Shown in pieces: positions 53,324 through 64,000 of a DNA stretch of 64,000 nt. Origin of the DNA: Octopus bimaculoides (taxonomy: Eukaryota); contig NC_068982.1 in the NCBI RefSeq assembly GCF_001194135.2, positions 32,388,627 through 32,452,626 on the forward strand, read 5' to 3'. Position 1 is the stretch's first letter, and each line of letters opens with the position of its first letter. Below the pieces are notes generated by a model. It made no database searches. It had not been told where the DNA came from and worked only from the letters and a program-made list of their open reading frames with translations. The translations under genes and the position numbers were made by a program.

Positions 53324-54115
53324 GCATGGTTGTGTGCTTGAGAAGCTTTCTTCTCAACTGTATGCTCTTTTGTTCAGTCCAACTATGTGGCCCCATGGGG
53401 CAAATGTCTTCTTGGCCAACCAAAGCCTTGTAAGTGGATACAGTAGACAGGAACTGAAAGAAGTCTATCATGTGTATATGTATATACACTCACACACACA
53501 CACATATATACACACACATATACATACCCATACATATACATGCACACAAATGTACATGCACACATACACACACACATATATGATGGAAGGTATTTGTATG
53601 TAACCTAGTCTAGACATTAGATGATAGTTGTAAGTGAGCATCATCATCATCATCATCATCATACAATCAAATTTGTTCATTTCTAGTCTTCTGCAAAAAT
53701 ATGTCTGGCCATGGGAAAATATTACACCGCTTGGAAACAGGTTAGGGTTGGTGACAGGAAGGGTATCAGGTGGTATAAAATCTGCCTCAAAAATTTTGTC
53801 TGACCCATGGAAAAATGGAAAACTGTACATTATATGATTGCAATGTGTGTGTGTGTTTAAATAATTTGATAGCCATATCAGGGGGCATATATTCCAGGTG
53901 TGTTAGGTGTGCATTGAAAATGGCAAATTCATTATAAATATTAACCTTTCTCATTAATTTAATCACAAATGTTAATGGAAGACTTTTGTTATCCCCCTGC
54001 TTGAAATTTGGTGACATTGGGTGTAGCAGCACATCCAATACAACAACCACCATACAACACTGATCCATGTGTGTGAATGTGTGGACATTTACAGGTCTAT
54101 TTAAATTATAGCTAA

Positions 54116-54156
<41 letters not shown>

Positions 54157-54865
54157 ATGTGTGTGGATATGTACAAAGATGCATACATTCATACACACAC
54201 ATGTACATATATAGAGAAGAAGCCATATTAAAGCCTCCTGTTATTTCTTTTCACATGACCCAAATATATGAAGAAATGGAAGTTGAAAAATTGTCAAACA
54301 GTACAAATCCCACCATGCACTCACTGAAGCTCTTTTCTTCTTCCCCCCCCTCCCACTTTGCAGCCATCCTCACAAAATTAACACTTCGAATTACATTATC
54401 AGAATGGCACAAATCTCTTCATATAACCCACTTTTATATATTTTATACCTATCCGCCTCCACCACCATCACTATTCTGCTTCATTCTGACACACAATATT
54501 TAGTTTCTCATTTATATTCTGTTTTCTAAAACAACCATCAACAGATTTTAATTAAAAACCAAACTAGAAGCCTAATTGCATATAACTTAGGTTTCTTTAA
54601 ACACAGTAATAATTTCAAGAGAATATACATTTCTTTTTATATTGCACCATTTAAACTATCATTATAGTATTTTTCTCTCTCTCTTTCTCTCTATTTGCTT
54701 GCAGGCATACATGCATATAAAAAAAATACGCATGGGCATGTTTCCTTAAGACTTGAACATAACATGAATATCAACATGAAGCACAGCCTTCATACTTTGA
54801 AGGTTATATGTTTGCCATCCAAAAGAAACAGAGAACATGCATGCATGCATACATACATACATGAT

Positions 54866-55336
54866 GATGATGGCCATCCACTCGTGACCGAGGAAGACCA
54901 TTGCCGACCTTCAGGAACATTGTGCACTCTTGGACTAACTTATATTTTGCATTTGCGGCTCCGTTGGTGGCTAATGAGCCCTGCTCTTGACAAGCATACA
55001 CGACTGCAAACATTGCAGATTAAGCTTTCCCCATTCACTATATGAGCCATGCGCTTTCGCGCAGCTCGCTTAAGTTCTTCACGCTGGATACGTGCTCTCT
55101 CAAAAGTGTCGATCCCCTCCTTAACCTGCTTCCTCTATCCGTGGCGATGACAGGCATTGTTCTCCCAGTCAGTGTCCTGCATATCACAGGCCTTTAATGA
55201 GAACTTGACACAGTCCTTCCATTTACAAGTTCTCCATAGAGCATCTGCTTAGGAATCTTGCTATGCTTCATTCAATACTCAAAATATCAGCTGTCCTCAG
55301 GATCTGTGTGTCTGGAATTTTTGAGGTCCAGCCAAC
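54866..55336 (-). mobile_element. Degenerate 3' end of a second RTE-type LINE with a C-terminal C2H2-like zinc finger
   Basis: LRHILNVGW...KWKDCVKFSLKACD...DWENNA...ICNVCSRVCLSRAGLISHQRS; (GAT)/(CAT) tail near 54863. Confidence 0.7.
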
Positions 55337-55951
55337 ATTAAGAATGTGCCTGAGACATACATACATACATACATACATACATACATACATACATGCATGA
55401 TCCAAGATGGATAATATCCTTCCAAAATAGCATACATACACATAGGTGATGATATATAAGTTAGGTTACTAAGCTTGGTTGCTACTGGCTAGAAACTAAA
55501 GTGAGAGTATAAGAATTCTGCGTAATTCAGCATAATACTAAAGCACTGGTGTATCAAAATAAAATAAGCTGAAGAAACAGACATCAAATAATAACCTCAA
55601 GTGCTACATAATACAGATAATGATATTTATTTTGTCAGAAACAAGAAAAAAAGAAATAGATTTCATGGTGAAGACAAGCACAGCATGACCTATGATAAAA
55701 ACTGAGGCAGAAGTAATCTAGATTCTGTATCATATTTAGACTTATGCTCCACTATTTTGACCATTGCTATGGCCATATAGAAGGAAAACAATGGTAGAGG
55801 GTTATATCAAGCATCTCAACTCTTTTGATGCCAGCCTGCCCGAGAATGCCTTTGGTTCTATTATACAGAATTTCTGTTTTAAAGTGATATAAATTAAAAC
55901 CTATCAAAATTTCATATCCATTTATGCTCCAAACACAGTCTTGATAATCCT

Positions 55952-56398
55952 TTCTACTATATAGGCACAAGGCCTAAAATTTAGGGGGAGGGGTTAAGTA
56001 GATTATATTGACCCCAGCACTCAACTGGTATTTAATTTACCAACCCCAAAAAGATGAAAGGCAAAGTTGACCTTGGCAGAATTTGAACTCAGAACAAAAA
56101 AATAGGCAAAATGCCACTAAGCATTTTGTCCACGGTGCTAACAATTCTGCCAGCTAACTGCCTTAAACAAATTACTTAACAATCCTTTCAATGATAGGCA
56201 CAAGGCCAGAGATTTTGGGGGAAGGGTCTAGTCGATTACATTGACGCCATTACATAACTGGTACTTATTTCATTTACCCCAAAAGGATAAAAGGCAAAGT
56301 TGACCTCAGCAGAGTTTGAACTCAGAACATAAAGATGGATGAAATTCCACTAAGCATTTTGCTTGCTGTGCTAATGATCCTGCTAGCTCACTGCCTTA
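55952..56398 (+). mobile_element. Two tandem copies of repeat family B
   Basis: Each copy reads ataggcacaaggcc...gaaaggcaaagttgacct..gcagaatttgaactcagaac...ccagct.actgccttaaa. Confidence 0.7.
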
Positions 56399-56651
56399 AA
56401 CATGGACTTAATAATGACAGCTATTTTACCAAATTTTTCCTTATTTTCAAAATGAATACATATAAAACTGGCGTATTTCAACAGGAATATGGTAACAAAA
56501 GGGTTAATCTACTTAGTTTTATGAAGCTATATTCTGAGGTCATCCCTTTATGTTTTAACAAAATAAATTACAGTCACTTTTTCCCTTTTTGGGGCTGTCA
56601 TGCTCATCTTGTCTTATATTTTTATGCATACAGATGCAGGTGTGTGTCTGT

Positions 56652-56805
56652 GAGGTAAGAAGCTTGCTTCCTAACCACATGTTTCTGGGTTCGGTCCCAC
56701 TGCATGGCACCTTGGGCAAGTGTCTTCAACTATAGCCTCAGGTCAACCAAAGCCTTGTGAGTGGAATTGGTAGATGGAAACTGAAAGAAGCCTATTGTAT
56801 AATAC

Positions 56806-56883
<78 letters not shown>

Positions 56884-57108
56884 GTATTTGTGTGTGTATA
56901 TATATATGCGTGCATGTGTGTGTGTGTATGTATGTATATATTTAAGTGTTTTTCTGTGTTTGTCCTCCCACCAATGAGAGGCTGATAGAATGAGCACTAG
57001 GTTTGCAAAGAATAAGTCCTGGGGTTGATTTCTTCAGCTAAAACCCTTTAAGGCAGTGCTCCAGCATGGCTGCAGTCAAATGACTGAAACAATATAAGAA
57101 TAAAAGAA
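56652..57108 (+). mobile_element. tRNA-derived SINE family A (head, (TA)n/(GT)n core, ccagcatggc.gcagtc.aatgactgaaac tail)
   Basis: Head with gggttcggtcccactgcatggcaccttgggcaag. Other copies lie at about 1-240 (+), 5435-5797 (-), 24600-24790 (-), 25820-26020 (-), 26205-26612 (+), 28848-29172 (+), 39040-39210 (-), 42788-43140 (+), 48735-49025 (+), 53323-53470 (+), 57519-57695 (-) and 58318-58655 (-). It resembles tRNA-derived octopus SINEs (inference). Confidence 0.75.
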
Positions 57109-57482
57109 TACATTATGTAGGAGTATATTAGCCAATATACCCTTCCTCTTCTTAAGATGGCCAAATGAAACATGAGATGGATTTGACAGTTATCTCCAGC
57201 AGTTCATGTGACTGCACACAAGCTTCCTTCCTTAATTAAATAAGTACTAATCACACACTGGAGTAACAGTACAAATAAACATAACTCTTTCTTATAGATT
57301 TGTGTATTTTACATCAATGCAGAAAATTATTATTCATTATTCTTAATCTAAAACCCATAAATCTTTGAAACTTTAATTCTCTTATATTTGAAAACATACA
57401 GTGACTAACTGTATTCTTCTTAAATCAACATATACATACAGTTTTGCATGCATATATATACACATGCATATACACATGCTTG

Positions 57483-57519
<37 letters not shown>

Positions 57520-58138
57520 CTCTTTTACTCTTTTACTTGTTTCAGTCATTTGACTGCGGCCATGCTGGAGCACCACCTTTAGTCGAGAAAATCAACCCCA
57601 GGACTTATTCTTTGTAAGCCTAGTACTTATTCTATCAGCTTCTTTTTGCCGAACTGCTAGGTTACAGGGATGTAAACACACCAGCATCGGTTGTCANNNN
57701 NNNNNNNNNNNNNNNNNNNNNNNNNNNNNNNNNNNNNNNNNNNNNNNNNNNNNNNNNNNNNNNNNNNNNNNNNNNNNNNNNNNNNNNNNNNNNNNNNNNN
57801 NNNNNNNNNNNNNNNNNNNNNNNNNNNNNNNNNNNNNNNNNNNNNNNNNNNNNNNNNNNNNNNNNNNNNNNNNNNNNNNNNNNNNNNNNNNNNNNNNNNN
57901 NNNNNNNNNNNNNNNNNNNNNNNNNNNNNNNNNNNNNNNNNNNNNNNNNNNNNNNNNNNNNNNNNNNNNNNNNNNNNNNNNNNNNNNNNNNNNNNNNNNN
58001 NNNNNNNNNNNNNNNNNNNNNNNNNNNNNNNNNNNNNNNNNNNNNNNNNNNNNNNNNNNNNNNNNNNNNNNNNNNNNNNNNNNNNNNNNNNNNNNNNNAA
58101 AAGAAGTTTGAAAACGCCAATATATAAAAAATGAATTT

Positions 58139-58186
58139 TAATTTAACATGTTTCGGTTCTTGTAAAAACGAACCTTATCAAAACTA
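58139..58186 (-). ncRNA. Hammerhead-like motif (variant or degenerate core)
   Basis: UAGUUU-UGAUAA-GGUUC-guuuuuacaa-GAACC-GAAACAUGU-U-AAAUUA. Stem II is a perfect 5 bp, ACAUGU is palindromic and stem I is 6 bp. The core is 1 nt short and has A at position 8. Confidence 0.55.
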
Positions 58187-60236
58187 CATATTTAATAAAA
58201 TGAAAATAAAATTAAATGAAGAGTTCATAATTGTTCCTTACTGGTGTCGATAGTCCACGTGGGGGCATTTTTTGTTGGTTGTAGTAATAGTAGTGTCCCT
58301 ATGTATGTATGTATGAATTTTATTTTTTATTTGTTTCAATCATTAGACTGTTGCCATGCTGGAGCACTGCCTTGAAGAACTTTAGTCAAAAAAATCAACT
58401 CTAGTACTTTCTTTTCTTTTAAGCCTGGCCTCATGGCAAACCACTTCATTACAAGAATGTAAACACAACAGCACCAGTTGTCAAGAGGTGGTGGTCAACA
58501 AACACCCCCAAAAAAGAGATGCACACATGCACACACACACACATACACACATCTATAACAGGTTTCTCTTTTCAGTTTCCATCAACCAAATCCACTCTCA
58601 AGGCTTTGGTCAGCCTGAGACATAGTAGAAGACACTTGCTCAAGGTGCCATACATTTTGACTGAAGTATGTATGTATGTATGCATACTTTCATGCATACA
58701 TATATACAGAAAGATAAGAAGAATGAGAGGGTGTATTCCCTATATTCTTTGCTGGACAGGTTGAAGTATAGCTGTTAGATTACAAAATACAAAATATGTT
58801 GTAAGAAAACCAAGCAATAAATAAATAAATATATGAATTAAATTTATGGTGTTGAAGTCAATCAGATGAACATTCATTTACATGAAGATTTCTAAATATT
58901 CTCTCTATGTTTCTGTGTGTATGCCACCATGTATGTGTGTTAAGTGTAATAACCACGTGCCCAAGGATGCTTGACTCTTGCTCTCAAATTATCAGTTCTG
59001 ACCTGGTAGTAGCTGTTGTGTTGCTTCCCAGTTCATATTTCATATTACATAGTTAGTGCCAAAAATATCAAATAAATATACACAAAAATCACATGTTCAT
59101 CTGTTGAAATATTCATTGATTGATACATAATAACATGTAACTTAATGTATCTGTGTGAGTGTGTGTGTGCACATGCAGTATGCATTTGTGTATATGTGTT
59201 ATAAGCTAAGACCTATAAATATACTTCTTATTAACAAGGAAATTACAGTTGAATATATTGTGTTTAACTCTACTGGGTGCAGTTTATATATTTATCCATT
59301 ATACCATAAAATAAAAAGTTTTAGGTTTTGGTTTATGAAAGTTTACAGGTTGATAGTTATATTTATTGACAATATTTTACAATGCAAAATGGCCACTCTT
59401 TGCTTTCACCATAGCCCTTGATTCTTTATACCAACCATTTTCAATGCAACAATGTGTCTACATTTTACTTGAGTCACCTTATTTAATTAAGGGTAAACAT
59501 TGAAACAAAAGAATGCGGGAAAGCATTATACAATGTTTGCCACTATTTTTGTGAGTAAGAGTTTTTCAATCTATGTTGAAATCATGGGGTAAACTATTAT
59601 GTTTAAATAATGGTGAAATGTATATGCTGCACCTGGTAAAGCAATCATTGATAATCAAATAAAAAAAATTACTGACGAACCTTAGACTGTTATGTGATAC
59701 AACACAATTTTGAAACCTTTTTTCATTGTTTGTTGGAGCTTATACATTGTAGTTCAACATAGGGGCAAATTTATTTGGTTGTGTAAGCACACACACACAC
59801 ACATATCAGCATTTAATGTTCGTTTTCCATGCTGACGTGGGTTAGATGGTTTGATAGCATCTTGTGAGCTACAGAGCTATGATGAACTCCAATGTTAGTT
59901 TTGGGATGGTTTTGTGCATGGTTGCCTTTTCTAATGCCAACCGCTTTGCACATACACATAAATGCACTTCTTCCTTCAATATATGAAACTTTATGAAGAT
60001 GAGCATAAGCCCAAAATCCTAGGAACACTTCCACTACATATTTCCTTGAACATTAAACTAAGAACTACATTTTGTTTTCACTTTGTCTTCTGTGTTTTTA
60101 TTTTCATCATAAATCTTGAATATGTATTGCATGTGTGTTGTAAAATCATCATTTACACCTTTTTTCCATGCTTTTTTTTTTTGTATAGAGCAAATTACTA
60201 TGCATGCACAATGGAACAAATAGCTATTTATCTTAC

Positions 60237-60425
60237 CATTGACCAACTTGCAGTCATCCATTCTTTACAAGGAGTGTAACATGCCTTTAATTCAGGTGGT
60301 TTAATCAAAACATTACATTTGTAACTTGGTACAATTGGAGAGCGGCGTGAACGTCTATCAACACAGTACACAACTCTGCTTCTATTGCTGTGGCCACATT
60401 TTTGTTGTGGATGCAAGAAGTCACA
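60237..60425 (-). CDS. Exon of an ADAMTS/ADAMTS-like family gene (TSP1 repeat), first exon visible in the window
   Basis: Acceptor tttcag|TGT and donor ATG|gtaaga; 189 nt, phase 0/0. Translates CDFLHPQQKCGHSNRSRVVYCVDRRSRRSPIVPSYKCNVLIKPPELKACYTPCKEWMTASWSM, with the CG..R.R.V.C...C...P.....C...C..W...W pattern of ADAMTS-type TSP1 repeats. Confidence 0.9.
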
Positions 60426-60738
60426 CTGAAATTTGAATAAAATGCAAATACAAAAAATGTTTCAAAACAGATTCCAAATTTCCAAATAACAATATTTTTC
60501 ATTTCATTTATTGAATTATTATTTATATATTTTTTCGTATTAACTTAGATTCCATAATGTTCAATGTTGTTACAAAATATTGGGTCTAGACAGTATTTTC
60601 TAAAGTATTATCTTACAAGCATGTTTTAATTAATAATAAAAATTTTAATTTAAAGTTGGTAAAATATATATATTCATCATATAGATTGAAGTAAACAAAG
60701 AAAGTGTCTTGCATGGGGAAAAAAATTAGATCAACAGT

Positions 60739-60788
<50 letters not shown>

Positions 60789-61250
60789 TTAACGTCTATT
60801 TTCCATGTTGGTAGCGTTGCACAGTTTGAAAGGGGCTGGCAAGCTGGAAGGATGCACCAGGTTCCAGTCATCTGTTTTAGCAAGGTTTCTATGGCTGGAT
60901 GCCCTTTTAAATGCCAACCACTTTACAGAGTGTACTGGGTTCTTGTTATATGATGCTAGTTTATATATATATAAATTTGTATGTTCAAAGGTATAGATAC
61001 ACCAATACACACACACATCCACACATACATATATCAACAACTTTCAAATTATCCATTACAAACTGACTTCCCTTACGTATATTTTCCTTTAAAAGAATGG
61101 TAGTGGAAGAAGAAAACATCCTATGTACACACAATAAATTAGACATGATCTTTAAAGTAAACTGGTAAAAGCAACAGACTTGTTTCAGGTTTATTAAACC
61201 TTTTCAGAGAATCAATTTTGTTCCATTCAGTTGATGTATCTAAGAGTGAT

Positions 61251-61304
<54 letters not shown>

Positions 61305-62565
61305 ATGTATATATTTATTGTATTCTTTTATTTGTTTCAGTCCTTGGACTGTAGCTCAACTAGGACATGATCTTGAAGGGTTTAGTTGTTTGAATTTAAT
61401 GTGTATATGTAACTTGTCTGTGCATTTCTGTGTATGCAAAGACACACAGACATGTTGCACAGACAGGTTCAAAACCTGAGAAACAGAAAGACTAATAGGA
61501 AAGAGGATCCAGTAGAAGGTGTAATAGTAGGAGTGGAAAATGAAGAGAAATCAAGAGAGTGAGACAGGAGAATATGTATTGTTACTCAGAGAGAGAGAGA
61601 ATAGCAAAAGAGACAGAGAGAGAAAAAAATTTCCATGGTTACTGATAGAGATGGAAAGATAGTGAGAGAATGAAACTACTGAGAGTGGGGAGGGGAAGAA
61701 TCAAAAGGAGGACAGCTGCTAAGAGCAAGAAAGAGGGAGAGAGAGGGAGGAAAGAGTGATATTTCTATTATTATGAGAAAGGGAAATGAGAGAAAGAGGA
61801 GAAAGGAGATATGAGAGTAAGAAATAGAAAGGAACAGACTTATTGAAAGTCAAAAGAGAGAAGAACATACTGATGTAGGGAGGGAGAAAGAGAGAGAGAA
61901 GGGTTTTTAGCAAATGAATAAATATGAAATTAATCCAATATTTTTGTCAGACAAAAATTATATTGGATATATAATTAACCTCAATAATCTATTTTTCAAA
62001 AAGTTTTAATAACTTTTTCACTCACTGAAAGAACCATGAATTTATATGTATTATATACTAATTTGTATTTTCAGCTACTTTGACAAGGACAGTGTAGTCT
62101 ACGTTTCATTAAAGAGGTTTAAAAAAACTAAAACAGATCCACAGTTGCCTCCCATATTTGCCGGAATATCTATCCATCCATTTTCCTTGCTTTCTCTTCT
62201 TGGGAGGGTCATAAGGGTTGAGTCCTCAGGCACTTCCTATACAGGGTTCTATCAAAAGCAACTATTATTAAACTTAACTGCTAAATTCCTAAGAGTGGAC
62301 AACTAAGACTGTGGATATTATCCTACCATCTCTCTCGTGTCTATCCCTAGGACTGTTCAAGCTCCCTGACTGTTTCGGCATGGTTTCTAAGGCTGGGTGC
62401 CCATCCTAACATCAACTAATTTACAAAGTGTACTGGGTGCTTTTACACAGTAACAGCATGGGTAGTTTTTACATGGCACCAGCACCTATGACTCCATGTG
62501 ATTATGGATGCTCAGCTGGAGAAAGTTGCATTTTGATTTAACACTAGCATCTAGCACTTTGGACA

Positions 62566-63582
62566 TCTTTAGAAGTGAACACTTTGTTGCATTCAGGCAA
62601 GATTTTCAGTCTGAGGATATCTTTCTCTCTCCCTCCCACCAATCTTGGATACCTTGTAATGGGTCATGGGTACTCTCTTCCTTTCGGTTTAAAAAGACGA
62701 GAAAATATATAACATTGTCTTTTCTTCAGCACATAATTTATGTAATCAGCATTTTAATGCTCCCTGCACTAACTTAAGTGTTTCATTTTTCATAGTCTGA
62801 GTTTTGAAAATTAACAAAAGTACATGCCCAAATGGATTACTAGATGATTCTACATTCTCTTTGTTAATTTCTATTTGTTTATAAATATGCATGTTTTAAG
62901 TCAGCCGTAAACGTTTTTGACTGAATGTATCAGTTTATAGCTCTGTCATATTCACATTTTCTGTGCAACAGCATTACATCATCTGTCATTTCCCATTTGT
63001 TACATCAAGCATTCTTAACATTAATGCATATTGATTTGAACAATAAAATTAAGGTGGCGGGGTTAAGGTTATATATGTATGACAAATGGATGGGGTATGA
63101 AAAATGTTAATGGAAAAATGCCAAGTGCAATAACATGTAAGATGTGATGACAGCAATGAGCAAATGATACACTGTTTCATATGATCAAATGAAAGAGGAA
63201 AAAAAAAGGCTGCTGTGTGTCAGAAGATCAACAGACGACAGAAGAAAAGATTATATTATTTTGTTCAAGTTATATTCTTTTGTGGTGTGTAATAGTTGTA
63301 AATTTATTTTGACGTTAGTTTTACAGGGCAATTCAAAAATCCCTTTAATGTTGATATAAACCAACTAAAGAAACAACTTCCCAAAGGTACTGAGCAATAG
63401 GATTACATAAATTATGCGCTGAAGAAAAGACAATGTTATATATTTTCTTAGCTTTTTAAACAGAAAGGAAGAGTGTACTCATGACCCATTACAGGGTATC
63501 CAAGATTGATGGGAGGGAGAGAGAAAGATATCCTCAGACTGAAAATCTGGCCAGAATACAACAAAGTGTTCACTGCTAAAGA
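62566..63582. repeat. 182-bp inverted repeat pair (62566-62747 and 63401-63582)
   Basis: Manual alignment gives 13 mismatches in 182 bp (about 93%) with no indels; the spacer is 653 bp. Confidence 0.85.
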
Positions 63583-64000
63583 CCAGTCTCTTAACTACAC
63601 AACCACGTCTAAGCATTTAAAAATTTTTTGTTGTATATATAACATTCTGGTGAGATACTACAATTAATATTTATCTCATATGCTAGCAACAATAAAATTA
63701 GGCAATCACTTGATCCTTCAGTTTTTTATTTATCCAACAATGGGTGATCAGCCCCTTTGATTTGGGGGAGGATCAATCATTATGTTGGTTCTAGTACTTG
63801 CTTGTTACTAATTTTATTGACTTGAAAGGGTGGAAGAAAAAGTAGCTTTCAGCAGTATTTGAACTCAGAATGCAAAGACTTTAACTGAATATTGATTTCA
63901 AATTTTGGTACAAGGCCAGCAATTTGGTGGGTGGGGGTGAATTGATTACATCAACCCCAGAGTTCAACTGATACTTATTTCATCAACCCTGAAAGGATGA

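Noticed and set aside
9521-58134. Long ORFs containing X runs or YIYI/CVCV/HTHT/MMMM repeats
   Set aside because: Artefacts of N gaps and microsatellites.

Overview
Eukaryotic, AT-rich draft-assembly DNA with about 11 N gaps. It is packed with (TA)n/(CA)n/(GAT)n microsatellites, tRNA-derived SINEs, LINE fragments and MITEs. The repeat content suggests a coleoid cephalopod, probably Octopus (inference, not searched). The only supportable host gene is on the minus strand: three exons with canonical splice sites (60425-60237, 47449-47300, 34791-34641) that join in frame and encode ADAMTS-type thrombospondin-1 (TSP1) repeats. The introns are about 12.8 and 12.5 kb. The 5' part of the gene lies beyond the window, and I could not confidently find the exon after 34641. 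Mobile elements: a 5'-truncated Penelope-like element (RT plus GIY-YIG), several RTE LINE pieces (two tails 206/207 identical), Tx1/L1, CR1-like and HERO-like remnants, two mariner derivatives and a MITE. The most interesting signal is a set of four minimal hammerhead-ribozyme-like motifs. The best one (35458-35503, minus) lies downstream of a tRNA-like Pol III head inside a head-to-head palindromic element, in sense orientation within a host intron. Many long inverted repeats could also form intronic dsRNA. Nearly all other ORFs in the supplied track are microsatellite, N-gap or repeat artefacts.
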